A stretch of 64,000 nucleotides of DNA, from positions 32,001-96,000 of IMG/VR virus record IMGVR_UViG_3300021478_000015; one strand, given 5' to 3'. The number at the start of each line of letters is the position of its first letter. Position 1 is the first letter of the stretch. Origin of the DNA: a virus. The translations under genes and the position numbers were made by a program. Positions 1-9,830 of the stretch are shown here, piece after piece. The notes below the pieces were generated by a model. It made no database searches. It saw only the letters and a list, made by a program, of their open reading frames with translations, and was not told the DNA's origin.

Positions 1-1707
1 GGCATCGGGTCCGCCTATGTGCTGTGGCATTACATCTGTAAAGGCGATCCTCAGGCCTTTTACGGCATCGACCGGGACAAGCGCCTGGCCATGATGGTCT
101 TCGCCGGGAAGAAGGAGCAGGCCACCGCCAACCAGTGGAAGGATGTCACCGACATCATCAAAGGCGGCCGGTGCTTCGCCCCGTACTTCTCGAAGTCCCT
201 GGGCGAGAGCCTCACCCTGCGCGCCCCCCATGACAACAAACGGATCAATGCCCGTGAGGACCTCGGCATCTACGAGGACGGCGACATGGCCACGTTTATC
301 ATCCTGCCCAAGGAGTCCACGCCCATGGCCTCCCGAGGCCCGGCCGTGTTCGCGCTGCTCTTCGATGAGATGGCCCATGTGGTCCGCCAGGTGGCCAAGT
401 CCGACGCCGCTGAGGTGTACCAATCGGCCTCCCCGGCGCTCGACACCTTCGGGGTGGACGCCTGGATGTACGAGGCCTCCTCTCCCTGGGCCAAGACCGG
501 TCAGTTCTACGAGAACTGCGTGCAGGCCCTGGCCGTCTCGGATGGCACCGATGGGCTGGAGCCGGGCGAGATCGTCCGGCCCGAGATGCTCATGATCCAG
601 TTGACCTCATGGGATCCCTACGTGGACTGGGAGCGGGCCGAGCACCTGCCCACCATGAGCCGCACCGAATACGACCACCCTCGCCGTCGCCCGGTGGCGG
701 ACCGCCCCCACCCTCGCCCATTCAGCTTCTGTTTACCGGCCCAGCGCCGGGCTCAGCAGGTCTACGACCGTCAGCTACAGCGCATCGAGGCCGCCAATCC
801 TGAGACCTTCGCTGTCGAGCGCCGCTCCAAGTGGGCCGCAGTCCTCGATGCATACCTCAACGAGGATCGTGTCAAAGCTATTTGGCTGCCCTGGCCAGAA
901 GAGAACCCCCTCAACCTGTACATGCGCGAAGAGGGCAAGCTGGCCGTGCTCTACAAGGCGCACGGGGATCCCTCGAAGTCGGGGGCGAACTTCGGGTTCG
1001 CAGTGGCGCACGTCGTCCGTTACGGGGACGACGAGTTCCCTCACGTTGTCTTTGACTACATCACCCATTGGGAGCCAGCCAGCTTCCCGGAGAATGGTTA
1101 CCAGATTGATTACGATCTCATTGAGAAACGCATCCGCGATTTCATCAATGTCTTCATCCCGACCGAGGTCACCTTCGACCAGGGGTACTCGAACTGGATG
1201 ATATCACGTTTGATCAAGTGGGTCGCCACCCGCAACTTCCCCAAGCGGGTGGCAGTCTTTGAGCGCACCGCCACCGCTCCAGTGAACTGGACCATAGCCG
1301 AGACATTCAAAACGGCCATCGGATTGGGCCTGGTCCATGCTCCGTTTTACGAGCAGGCTCAGGACGAACTCCTTTTCCTGCAAAAGGTGGCCGAGAACAA
1401 GGTCGATCATCCGACATCAGGGCCGGTGCAGACCAAGGACGTTGCTGACTGCATGATGATCCTGGTGCATGCCCTGATCGGAAATGAGATATCCGCCTTC
1501 ATCGGAGAGGCGTTTTCATCGCTGTCACCACGCTTCGCACAACAGGGTGGTTTCCCGACACAAGCCGAACAAGCGGCGGAGGAGACCATGGGCGACCCGG
1601 TGAGTGCGCTGCGGAACTGGGGTGGTCAGCACCGTAGCTTCAGCAGTGGCTATTCCCCTGCCCGAGGACGCTTCAGCGGTAGCTCGATGAGACGGCGGCG
1701 GCGATAA
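1..1707 (+). CDS. Terminase large subunit (5' truncated by window edge)
   Basis: Frame open from base 1; Walker B-like LLFDEMAH, coupling motif ASSPW, RNase H-like nuclease motifs HGDPS, TFDQ, VDHP..TKDVAD. Confidence 0.85.
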   Translation, partial: GIGSAYVLWHYICKGDPQAFYGIDRDKRLAMMVFAGKKEQATANQWKDVTDIIKGGRCFAPYFSKSLGESLTLRAPHDNKRINAREDLGIYEDGDMATFIILPKESTPMASRGPAVFALLFDEMAHVVRQVAKSDAAEVYQSASPALDTFGVDAWMYEASSPWAKTGQFYENCVQALAVSDGTDGLEPGEIVRPEMLMIQLTSWDPYVDWERAEHLPTMSRTEYDHPRRRPVADRPHPRPFSFCLPAQRRAQQVYDRQLQRIEAANPETFAVERRSKWAAVLDAYLNEDRVKAIWLPWPEENPLNLYMREEGKLAVLYKAHGDPSKSGANFGFAVAHVVRYGDDEFPHVVFDYITHWEPASFPENGYQIDYDLIEKRIRDFINVFIPTEVTFDQGYSNWMISRLIKWVATRNFPKRVAVFERTATAPVNWTIAETFKTAIGLGLVHAPFYEQAQDELLFLQKVAENKVDHPTSGPVQTKDVADCMMILVHALIGNEISAFIGEAFSSLSPRFAQQGGFPTQAEQAAEETMGDPVSALRNWGGQHRSFSSGYSPARGRFSGSSMRRRRR

Positions 1708-1946
1708 GCGACCACATCAAGCGAGTGGTACGGATCCTGTGCAGGGGGTATTATAGGAGGCATCCTGGTCACCGCCTCTGCGTTTCAGCCTCAGATCTCG
1801 GCCTGACCCGTAGGGTTACAGGATGCGGACAGGGGTCATTCCGATCCCGACAATCCTCCGTCGATCCAGCCCGATGGAGGATTGGACCGCGCCCTTCGAT
1901 CAGGGGGCGAGGCCCTTTATCAAGAAAGCTTATGTATGCTGGTAGC

Positions 1947-2456
1947 ATGACCGCCGTGGTAGAGGCCTCGCCTAACTCCAGTCGAGATTACCTAGTTCAA
2001 AAGAACTGCACCTCCTGCAACCATCCCTACAGCTTCCACGGCAACGGTCGGTCCGGCTGCAAGGCCATGGGCTGCAAGTGTGGGGTCTGGGAGGACGCTG
2101 ATCCCTGGGTCTCCAGGGAGCACTACGCGGCGGTGGTGAGCATGCTGCGGGCCATGGAGGTCTCCTCTCGGCTGGTGACCCAGGGGGAGCGATCCCTGCT
2201 CTATGTGGGTGGCTACACCGAGACTCTGCCTGAGGACCTCCCGGAGGCCCCTGAGGGCTACGTGGCCGTGCCCGGCGAGTGGAAGCCGCCCTTCGCGGTG
2301 TGGGCCAACCACGGCGGATCCTGGGGCTACTCGGTGATCGATGACAACGGCGAGATGACCGACACCGGCTCCGATGTCATGCCCCATGACACCGATCCGG
2401 AGGAGGTGGCCCGGATCGTGGCAACCTGGACCTACCCCTCAGAGGAGACGCCATGA
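1947..2456 (+). CDS. Hypothetical protein with N-terminal Cys/His cluster
   Basis: ATG 6 nt after TATGCT -10-like box; CTSCNHPYSFH..CKAMGCKC; ATGA overlap with next gene. Confidence 0.6.
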   Translation: MTAVVEASPNSSRDYLVQKNCTSCNHPYSFHGNGRSGCKAMGCKCGVWEDADPWVSREHYAAVVSMLRAMEVSSRLVTQGERSLLYVGGYTETLPEDLPEAPEGYVAVPGEWKPPFAVWANHGGSWGYSVIDDNGEMTDTGSDVMPHDTDPEEVARIVATWTYPSEETP

Positions 2457-2746
2457 CCGCTACCGATCCTGCCTACGCCCCCATCCCCGAGTTGGCCTGC
2501 GTGATCCCAGGCTGCACCAACGTCGCCACCACCCACCTGACCATCATCAGCGCCCCGGACGAGCATGAGCTTCCCCTGTGCGCCACCCACCACCTGGAGT
2601 ACTCTCAGCCCGGTCACCTGAAGCTACTCAAGGAGTTGGCAGGCCTGAGCTTGAGCGGAGTGGTCCAGGTCCATCAGGCTGGGGAGCATATCCCCCAAGC
2701 GGACGAGCCCGGACCCGAGGTGGTCAAGGCCAAGGCTGCCAAGTAG
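2453..2746 (+). CDS. Hypothetical protein
   Basis: ATGA-coupled ORF with GC-rich codon usage; CxxxxC..CxxH. Confidence 0.55.
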   Translation: MTATDPAYAPIPELACVIPGCTNVATTHLTIISAPDEHELPLCATHHLEYSQPGHLKLLKELAGLSLSGVVQVHQAGEHIPQADEPGPEVVKAKAAK

Positions 2747-2758
2747 CTATAGGGTTAC

Positions 2759-2796
2759 TTGACAACCAGAAGGGGCTTCGCTAGGGTCGTCGCGTG
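2759..2796 (+). promoter_or_regulatory. Sigma-70-type promoter, probably leaderless
   Basis: TTGACA-17 nt-TAGGGT then 6 nt to GTG at 2794. Confidence 0.6.
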
Positions 2797-3030
2797 CTCG
2801 CGATGCTGCCTCTAGCAAACTCTGACTGGCTGCTTGCCATCCTCGGAATACTGGTGGTAATGCTCCTGGTAGTCATGTTCGTAGTCCTCTACATGCAGAG
2901 CGTGGCTGAACGAGCATATGATGACGGTGATGAAGAGTATGTGCAGTACACCAACGTGAGAGTGCTGGACAAACATCCCTACGACTACAACCAGCTTCCC
3001 CGCCCTTATGACTATGAGGTCGATGGGTGA
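2794..3030 (+). CDS. Small single-TM membrane protein
   Basis: Hydrophobic WLLAILGILVVMLLVVMFVVLY followed by acidic tail. Confidence 0.55.
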   Translation: MLAMLPLANSDWLLAILGILVVMLLVVMFVVLYMQSVAERAYDDGDEEYVQYTNVRVLDKHPYDYNQLPRPYDYEVDG

Positions 3031-3596
3031 TCCTGGTAGACACTGACATCCGCAAGGCGCTGGCGGCCAGGGTCATCGAGATCGACCCCTACGACGACGC
3101 CTGTCTGCAACCGGCCTCCTACGACATCCACCTGAGCCCGGCCATCCGCCGCCTGGATCCCCGCATCGAGGTCCTCGACCCCAGCCTGGAGCAGCCCTAC
3201 ACCTTCGGGGAGGTCCTCCAGCACTCCTTCGCCCTGCACCCCGGCGAGTTCATCCTGGCCTCCTCGATCGAGCGCATCCGCCTGGATGACTTCATCGTGG
3301 CCCAGCTATCGGGCAAGTCCTCTCTGGCCCGACTCGGCCTGCAGATCGAGGCGGCCGGGTACTTCGACCCCGGTTGGAACGGCCAGGCCACCATGGAACT
3401 GCTCAACATGACCCAGCGGCCCATCCGGCTCTTCCCCGGCATGAAGGTGGCCCAGATGGTCTTCATCCGGGGCTCGAACCGGGCTGAGCGCCCTTACGGC
3501 CATCCCTCCCTGGGCTCCAAGTACCTGGGCCAGCAAGGCCCCACCCCATCTGAGATGTGGCGCGAGGATCCGCCCGAGGTCTTCCCTACAACGTGA
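3027..3596 (+). CDS. dcd: dCTP deaminase
   Basis: LQPASYD, LHPGEFIL, GKSSLARLGL, AGYFDPGWNG, AQMVF, YG....SKYLGQ motifs. Confidence 0.93.
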   Translation: MILVDTDIRKALAARVIEIDPYDDACLQPASYDIHLSPAIRRLDPRIEVLDPSLEQPYTFGEVLQHSFALHPGEFILASSIERIRLDDFIVAQLSGKSSLARLGLQIEAAGYFDPGWNGQATMELLNMTQRPIRLFPGMKVAQMVFIRGSNRAERPYGHPSLGSKYLGQQGPTPSEMWREDPPEVFPTT

Positions 3597-3757
3597 CCGT
3601 CACCTATCAATCCGTGGGCTTCATCCATCAAGACGAACCGGACGGTGTGCGTGCTCATACCGAGGTGCTGGAGTGCAACCGGTGCGGAGCCCTGGTATCG
3701 GCCAACTCGCTGGCCAACCACGACCGTTGGCATGCCGAGACCGTCACACCCTCCTGA
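3593..3757 (+). CDS. Small Zn-binding protein
   Basis: GTGA overlap with dcd stop; CNRCGALV...HDRWH. Confidence 0.5.
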   Translation: MTVTYQSVGFIHQDEPDGVRAHTEVLECNRCGALVSANSLANHDRWHAETVTPS

Positions 3758-3769
3758 CACGATCCGGCC

Positions 3770-4138
3770 ATGGCTCTGTACCTCGTTCATTTCGAGCGCC
3801 CCTACCGGCACGCCTCCCACTACCTGGGCTTCGTGGACACCTCCCGACACCCCCTGGAGGTAGCTCTGGAGTCCCGGCTGGCCTTCCACCGCAAGGGACG
3901 GGGATCGAGGCTCCTGGCTGCCGTCAGCGCCGCTGGGATCGACTGGGAGGTGGTCAGGGTGTGGGAGGAGGGCACCCGCTCCGACGAGCGCCGCCTGAAG
4001 GGCAAGGCCAGCACCCGACTGTGCCCCAACTGCAACCCTCACTGGCAGCGCTGGGGGCAACTGAGTAAAGTGATCGTGCTCGCTCAGGCTGGAGCGGGAG
4101 AAGGGCTGGGATTGTTGTCTCATGACCTGGAGAACTGA
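3770..4138 (+). CDS. GIY-YIG-like endonuclease
   Basis: LYLVHF..HYLG, RL..H..G.G, ERRLK, C-terminal CPNC. Confidence 0.65.
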   Translation: MALYLVHFERPYRHASHYLGFVDTSRHPLEVALESRLAFHRKGRGSRLLAAVSAAGIDWEVVRVWEEGTRSDERRLKGKASTRLCPNCNPHWQRWGQLSKVIVLAQAGAGEGLGLLSHDLEN

Positions 4139-4376
4139 TGCTGATCAGGCGATTCGTCGGTTGGCTGCCACTGGAGAGCCATTTACCTCTGATGACCTAT
4201 TAGAGATTGTTGGACATCCGGATCAAGGGCATGCTCCTAACAGGCGCAACAATGCTATTGGAACGGTGTTCAGGGATGCATCGCGGTTGAAGTTGATCCA
4301 GATGGTAGGTGTGAAGAACTCTAATCAACCTCATCGTAAGGGCGGGATTATCCGGATCTGGCGAGGCTGTTTTTAA
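4122..4376 (+). CDS. Small putative winged-helix protein (paralogue of the 22899..23471 C-terminus)
   Basis: AIR...FTSDD...AIG.V...A....I...IWR pattern shared with 22899..23471. Confidence 0.5.
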   Translation: MTWRTDADQAIRRLAATGEPFTSDDLLEIVGHPDQGHAPNRRNNAIGTVFRDASRLKLIQMVGVKNSNQPHRKGGIIRIWRGCF

Positions 4377-4427
4377 GCATTCCGTTTTCGGTGTGTGCTG
4401 GACACACTTATAGAGATCAGAGGACGA

Positions 4428-6950
4428 ATGGAACTATCAGATAATGCGCGCCGGATCATGGATCTTCGCTACTCGCGCAAAGACGAGCACGGCAATCCCA
4501 CCGAGACTCCCGAGCAGGTGGTGGCCAGAGTGGCGGCCAACGTGGCCGATGTCACCAACAGGTTCACGGCCATCGGGGATCGCACCACCCGCCAGGAGGT
4601 CTACGAGCGCTATCGGGACCTGCTCGACCAGCGGCTCATGTTCCCCAACAGCCCCACCTGGACCGGGGCCGGGACTCCGCTGGGGCAGTTATCGGCGTGT
4701 TTCGTGCTGCCCATCGAGGATGATCTGGGCCGGGCGCGGGCCGGGATCTACTCCACCCTCAAGGACGCGGTTCTGATCCAGCAGACTGGCGGTGGCAACG
4801 GCTTTGACTTCTCCAGCCTGCGTCCGGCCAACGCCATCGTCTCCAGGTCCATGGGCCGAGCTTCCGGACCGGTGGGCTTCCTGGGCAGCTACGACGCCGT
4901 GTTTGGCACCATCGCTCAGGGTGGATCGCGCCGGGGGGCCAACATGGCCGTCTTGCGTTGTGACCACCCCGACGTGCGCCGGTTCATCAGAGCCAAGATC
5001 GAAGAGGGCAAGATCTCCAACTTCAATATCTCGGTGGCCGTGACCGAGGACTTCATGATCGCCGTCAGCGAAGGCACCGAGTTTGATCTCGTCCATAACG
5101 GCACGGTTTACGAGACCATCAAGGCCGAGGATCTCTTCAGTGAGATCGCTGAGGATGCCTGGAAGTTCGGGGATCCCGGATTGCTGTTCATCGACCGGGC
5201 CAACAAAGACAATCCCTGTCCTATCCGCTACAAGTACGAGGCCACCAACCCCTGCGGAGAGCAATGGCTGCCACCGTATGGGTCATGCAATCTCGGATCA
5301 ATCGCCCTGCAAAGATTCGTCCACTACGGCCAGAACAGCGCTGCTCCGTTCATCCATTGGGATCACCTGGCAGAGGTGATCCATACCTCGGTGGAGTTCC
5401 TGGATGACATCATCGATGCCAACCACTACGTCGAATCGGTACCCGAACTGGCCGACATGGCCAAGAACGAACGCCGTATCGGGCTTGGCTACATGGGGGT
5501 GGCCGACGCCATGGCCATGATGGGCATCCGCTACGGCTCGGCGGACGGCATGGACTTCGTCAGCCAGGTCACCGAGTTCCTGCGCTACCACGCCATGCTG
5601 GCCTCCATCGACCGGGCCAAGGAGCGCGGCCCCTTCCCCTGGATCGAGGGGTCCATCTACGACCCCGGCCTGCTGACCAAGGGCTTCGGGGTCGAGGTCT
5701 CCTCCGACATCGTCACCTGGAAGGCTCCCAGCCCCCTCTCCGGGCACGTCGAGCACGTCAGGGGCTGGGGACGGCCGGTGCTCGACTGGGACGCCCTCAG
5801 CGAGCGCCTGGCCCTGTACGGCATCCGCAACGCCTGCCTGCTGACCTACGCCCCCACCGGCACCATCTCCAACGTGGCCGACTGCGAGGGCTCCGGCATC
5901 GAGTGCTTCTTCGCCCTGGTGTTCGAGCGAAAGGTCATGCAGGAAGGTCAGAACATCAGCTTGCACTACGCCTCCAAACTGTTTGAGCAGGCCCTGATCG
6001 GGGCGGGCTACGTCGATCAGTCGCGTCGCCAGGCCATCATCGAGCAGGTGGCGGCCGAGGGAGGGTCCTGCCAGCGGGTGGGGGATCTGTCCCATGCCAT
6101 CAAGGACGCCTTCGTGGTGGCCGGAGATCTTACCTACGCCGAGCACATCGGCATGCAGGCGGCCGCCCAGGTCTGGGTGGACAACTCCATCTCCAAGACC
6201 ATCAACCTGCCGCACAGCGCCACCCCCGCCGATGTCGGCTTCGCCTACGAACTGGCCCATTCCCTGGGCTGCAAGGGCATCACCGTCTACCGCCAAGGCA
6301 GCCGGTCCCTTGAAGTGTTGTCCGCTTCTCCGGAGGGGAGCGCGGAGGGGTCGAAGAGCCAGGTCGCGCCTGGTCTACTACCCGACGAGGAACGGTCGGG
6401 ACCCTCCGCGTCATCCTCGGGGTGGCCGGTCATCACTCCGCAGCCCATCCCGGTCTCGGCCGCCATCGATGGGTTACCTACCCGGACCTTCCCGGTCACA
6501 ACCGGCTTCGGCACCCTCCAGGTCTACGTCACCGAGCACCCTGACCACCCCGGCCGTCCTTTCGACTGCCGCATCTCAGTCGGCAAGCACGGCTCGGACA
6601 AGAACGCCGATGTGGAGGCCCTGGCCCGCATGATCTCCATCGCCCTGCGCTCCGGGGTGTCGGTGGCGGCCATCTGCGATCAACTCAAGGGCATCGGTGG
6701 CCGGACCGTCAACGGCTTCGGCCCCGGCAAGGTCCTCAGTGTCGCTGACGGGGTCGGCAAGCTCCTGGAGCGTCTCTATCAGCCCAGCCTGCTAGAGGAG
6801 GTCCTGGAGGCTCCTGGAGCCCTCTCCGAGGCCCCTGACCGCGGCCAGACCTGCCCCCGGTGCGGCAACGCCTCCCTGGTCTTCGAGGCCGGGTGCCTGC
6901 ACTGCGATGTACGGTTCGGTGGTTGTGGCGACTTCACTCGGTGCGATTGA
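4428..6950 (+). CDS. nrdJ: Class II (adenosylcobalamin-dependent) ribonucleotide reductase
   Basis: [59 protein letters not shown]; C-terminal TSCPD-like region and Zn ribbon. Confidence 0.95.
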   Translation: MELSDNARRIMDLRYSRKDEHGNPTETPEQVVARVAANVADVTNRFTAIGDRTTRQEVYERYRDLLDQRLMFPNSPTWTGAGTPLGQLSACFVLPIEDDLGRARAGIYSTLKDAVLIQQTGGGNGFDFSSLRPANAIVSRSMGRASGPVGFLGSYDAVFGTIAQGGSRRGANMAVLRCDHPDVRRFIRAKIEEGKISNFNISVAVTEDFMIAVSEGTEFDLVHNGTVYETIKAEDLFSEIAEDAWKFGDPGLLFIDRANKDNPCPIRYKYEATNPCGEQWLPPYGSCNLGSIALQRFVHYGQNSAAPFIHWDHLAEVIHTSVEFLDDIIDANHYVESVPELADMAKNERRIGLGYMGVADAMAMMGIRYGSADGMDFVSQVTEFLRYHAMLASIDRAKERGPFPWIEGSIYDPGLLTKGFGVEVSSDIVTWKAPSPLSGHVEHVRGWGRPVLDWDALSERLALYGIRNACLLTYAPTGTISNVADCEGSGIECFFALVFERKVMQEGQNISLHYASKLFEQALIGAGYVDQSRRQAIIEQVAAEGGSCQRVGDLSHAIKDAFVVAGDLTYAEHIGMQAAAQVWVDNSISKTINLPHSATPADVGFAYELAHSLGCKGITVYRQGSRSLEVLSASPEGSAEGSKSQVAPGLLPDEERSGPSASSSGWPVITPQPIPVSAAIDGLPTRTFPVTTGFGTLQVYVTEHPDHPGRPFDCRISVGKHGSDKNADVEALARMISIALRSGVSVAAICDQLKGIGGRTVNGFGPGKVLSVADGVGKLLERLYQPSLLEEVLEAPGALSEAPDRGQTCPRCGNASLVFEAGCLHCDVRFGGCGDFTRCD

Positions 6951-7683
6951 GACCTGGGCTTCTCGGCCCCACCCGGCCACATGGTCGGTGCCGGTCCTGG
7001 CTGAGATCTCCGCCCGGCTGCCGGTGGGAGTCATCGTCCTCGACCCCTTCGCCGGGACCGGTGGCCTGGCTGACATCGCCCACATCCGCCCGGTGTGCGT
7101 GGAGATCGAGCCCGAGTGGGCCACCCAGGTGGTCGGCAACACCTTGACCCTCCCCTTCCGCTCCGGCACCTTCCTGTACGTGGCCACCTCCCCTTGCTTC
7201 GGCAACCGCATGGCCGACCACCATGACGCCAGGGACCGGTGCAAGAAGTGCGGGGGCACCGGGACGGACCCGCCCACTGCCCTCTGCGACGACCAGATGT
7301 ACCCGGCGGCCGACTGCAAGGTCTGCGGCGGCACCGGGCTGTCCAAGCGGCACACCTACAAGCACTACCTGGGCCGCGACCCCCACCCGGAGTCCTCGGC
7401 CATCCTGCAGTGGGGTCCGGAGTACCGGGCCTTCCATGAACAGGCCTGGGTCGAGATCACCCGCGTCTGCGGCCGGTGGGCGCACCTGCTCCTGGACATG
7501 AGCGACCACATCCGCCGGGGCGAGGTCCAGCCGGTCACACAATGGCACCAGGAGGCCCTGGAGGCCGCTGGGTGGTTCTGCCTGGCCCGCACCCCTATCG
7601 ACGTGCGTCGTCAGCGCCACGGGCAGAATGGGGACCTTAGAGTGGACCAGGAATGGCTCCTGGAGTTTGTGAGGATCGGATGA
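6907..7683 (+). CDS. DNA amino-methyltransferase-like protein with inserted CxxCxGxG zinc module (start uncertain)
   Basis: SAM-binding VLDPFAGTG; TSPCF at the SPPY-like position; CKKCGGTG..CKVCGGTG insertion. Confidence 0.65.
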   Translation: MYGSVVVATSLGAIETWASRPHPATWSVPVLAEISARLPVGVIVLDPFAGTGGLADIAHIRPVCVEIEPEWATQVVGNTLTLPFRSGTFLYVATSPCFGNRMADHHDARDRCKKCGGTGTDPPTALCDDQMYPAADCKVCGGTGLSKRHTYKHYLGRDPHPESSAILQWGPEYRAFHEQAWVEITRVCGRWAHLLLDMSDHIRRGEVQPVTQWHQEALEAAGWFCLARTPIDVRRQRHGQNGDLRVDQEWLLEFVRIG

Positions 7684-7874
7684 CCCCTGCCCGTTGCCCT
7701 AACTGCGCTCAGCCCTTGCCGGACGAGCGCCACCCTCAGGACAAGCTCGTCGCCATGGGTGGCCTGGAGATCCCGGTGATCGTGTGCCCGTCCTACACCG
7801 AGGACACCTTGATGCTGGCTCCCAGTGGCTCTAGCCTTGTGGGCCTCGCCGGGGAAGCTAGTCTCGAAGCATGA
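7680..7874 (+). CDS. Hypothetical protein
   Basis: ATGA-coupled on both sides; CPNC. Confidence 0.5.
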   Translation: MTPARCPNCAQPLPDERHPQDKLVAMGGLEIPVIVCPSYTEDTLMLAPSGSSLVGLAGEASLEA

Positions 7875-8128
7875 CTGATACCGCGCCCCCGCCCGAGCCC
7901 GAAGACTCCTCCGCCGCCCTATCTGACCTGAAGGCCAGCGTGACCGCTGTGGTCACCGAACTTCAGGGCCTGGTAGACGAGGTGCAGTCCCGAGGCGAGG
8001 AGATCCGCACCGCTGCTCAGACCGCCGCCGAGGACGTAAAGACGGCCGTAGGCGTGGCGGTGGACAAGCTGACTCAGGCGGTGCAGACCAAGGTGTCCGA
8101 GATCCAGGACAAGCTGGCCGCGGCGTGA
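7871..8128 (+). CDS. Amphipathic helical protein, paralogue 1
   Basis: DLKA...VQTK....KLA shared with next ORF. Confidence 0.6.
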   Translation: MTDTAPPPEPEDSSAALSDLKASVTAVVTELQGLVDEVQSRGEEIRTAAQTAAEDVKTAVGVAVDKLTQAVQTKVSEIQDKLAAA

Positions 8129-8394
8129 CCGACGCCCCCTCGGCCGCGACCACTGGGGCCAAGAGCAACAAGCCCGCCCAGCCTCCCGGCCAGGCCAAGA
8201 AGGACGAGGTCGAGCCTGAAGCTGCGCCCGAAGCTGAGCCGGAGGCGTCCACCACCCCGGTGGCCGACGCCGCGGCCGAGGTGATCAACGACCTCAAGGC
8301 CCTGGTGGTCGAGGTGCAGCAAGCCTTCGATGAGATCCGGGTCACGGTCCAGACCAAGATCGAGGAGGCCCTGGCTAAGTTGGCCGAGGCTTAG
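8125..8394 (+). CDS. Amphipathic helical protein, paralogue 2
   Basis: GTGA-coupled; DLKA...VQTK....KLA. Confidence 0.6.
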   Translation: MTDAPSAATTGAKSNKPAQPPGQAKKDEVEPEAAPEAEPEASTTPVADAAAEVINDLKALVVEVQQAFDEIRVTVQTKIEEALAKLAEA

Positions 8395-8432
8395 TCCTGG
8401 TTCAGCTTCTGGGGGATGGGTAGAGCCCCTGT

Positions 8433-8594
8433 ATGGGTCTAGCCGGATTACTCATCGTCCTGGGGGTCGTCATCTGGCTCCTGCTCAACCCCTTACTGGG
8501 CATCATCCTGTTGGTGGCGGGCCTGGTCATGCTGGTCTGGGCCGGGGGCTCCTACCGGAGCGGCTATAGCGGGCGCAGCCGGACCTACTACTGA
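8433..8594 (+). CDS. 53-aa two-TM membrane protein (not in ORF track)
   Basis: Own translation: MGLAGLLIVLGVVIWLLLNPLLGIILLVAGLVMLVWAGGSYRSGYSGRSRTYY*. Confidence 0.6.
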   Translation: MGLAGLLIVLGVVIWLLLNPLLGIILLVAGLVMLVWAGGSYRSGYSGRSRTYY

Positions 8595-9632
8595 TCAGGC
8601 GGCGTCTCCGCTCAGCAGGTTCACCACGTCGTCCCAGCGATCCGAGACGCCCTGCAGCAACTCTGAGGCGGTCTCCTCGGCGGCGATGGCCTCGTCCCAG
8701 GCCTCCTCGTTGCGCTCGCCCTCGACATGCTCGCGGATCAGGGCGGACAGGGTGGCCGGGTCCAGGGCGTCAAGCTCCCAGGACTCGTCGCCGTAGAGGC
8801 CGACGTAGCCCTCGGCGCGGGCGTCGGTCATCTTGGCCGGGTTGGGCGGCGGCTGGTACTCGTTCACCTGATCCATGGTCAGAGCGATGCGGCGGATCTC
8901 CAGGTGGCCGCAGGTGTCCTCGTACTCGTCCAGCCGGGTGCGGGCCACCGTCTTGTAGTCGTCGGCGTCGGGGTCGATCTCGCCGTCGCGGATCCACTTG
9001 CGGAGCATGGTGGTCATGCGGCGGATCATGTCCTTGCGGGTGAACAGGCGCAGCCGGTCCTCGATGTCGCGGCTCATGTCGATGCCGGAGGGGTCATGGT
9101 CGCCCAGGTGCAGGATGAGGACGTTTTGGCCCTTCCACAGGTACTCGTTGAGGCGCTGGGCCGCCCCCCAGATCTCGGACTGGCTGGTGTAGCCCCGGCA
9201 GGAGAAGTACGGCACGTCCAGGTCCGGGCAGACCACGTCCAGCACGCCGACCAGGGCATCCTTCTCGATCCAGACCTCGATGCGGGTGGGCTGACTGGCC
9301 CACTTGTCGGTGCGGAACTGCCGGGCGGCGGCCTTGATCAGGTCGGTGGGCTCGTCCCAGTGGGCCAGGGAGCGCAGGTTGCGGGTCCGGTCCACGATGT
9401 AGTCCCAGTCCAGCATCCCGGCCAGGCGGGCGTCGTTGATGATCGAGCCCAGGCGCTTGTACTCGGTCTGCTTGTTGGCGATCAGGCCCCGGCTGACGAA
9501 CTGGTAGTAAAGCTGCCGCAGGGTCAGGTCGTAGCCCTGGGCGGCGTAGTTGGCGCAGATGGCCTCGGCCTGGCCGATGATCTTCAGCGAGCCGGGCGAG
9601 AACTTCTTGGGGGTGTACTCGATCTTGGCCAT
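8595..9632 (-). CDS. Toprim-domain protein (Topo VI-A/DUF2399/JetD-like)
   Basis: N-terminal TLRQLYY winged helix; EVWIEKDAL, RGY.S, LGDHDPSG, ELDAL. Confidence 0.75.
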   Translation of the reverse strand: MAKIEYTPKKFSPGSLKIIGQAEAICANYAAQGYDLTLRQLYYQFVSRGLIANKQTEYKRLGSIINDARLAGMLDWDYIVDRTRNLRSLAHWDEPTDLIKAAARQFRTDKWASQPTRIEVWIEKDALVGVLDVVCPDLDVPYFSCRGYTSQSEIWGAAQRLNEYLWKGQNVLILHLGDHDPSGIDMSRDIEDRLRLFTRKDMIRRMTTMLRKWIRDGEIDPDADDYKTVARTRLDEYEDTCGHLEIRRIALTMDQVNEYQPPPNPAKMTDARAEGYVGLYGDESWELDALDPATLSALIREHVEGERNEEAWDEAIAAEETASELLQGVSDRWDDVVNLLSGDAA

Positions 9633-9665
9633 CAAATGGCCTCGGTGGTGGTGGTTATGGCGGGC

Positions 9666-9697
9666 ACGTTAGCAAACTTTCCTAGAGAGTGCAAGTC
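9666..9697 (-). promoter_or_regulatory. Repeated phage promoter, copy 1
   Basis: GAC TTGCAC tctctaggaaagtttgc TAACGT. Confidence 0.85.
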
Positions 9698-9774
9698 GGG
9701 GTAGGTCCCCTACCCTTGTTGTCAGGTACAGGCCCCTCAAGTGCATAGATCCTTCGAAGCTCCTGAAAGTTAAG

Positions 9775-9800
9775 GGAGCCCCCTCCGAAGAAGGGGCTCC
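9775..9800 (-). terminator. Hairpin terminator after the ArdC-like gene
   Basis: GGAGCCCC/GGGGCTCC stem followed by CTTAACTTT on minus strand. Confidence 0.65.
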
Positions 9801-9830
9801 AGGTCGTCGGTGGGGATCAGCACGGTGGTC

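Noticed and set aside
4428-6950. Intein or intron in nrdJ, terminase or helicase
   Set aside because: Core motifs are contiguous; no intein C/S...HN signature or LAGLIDADG insert seen
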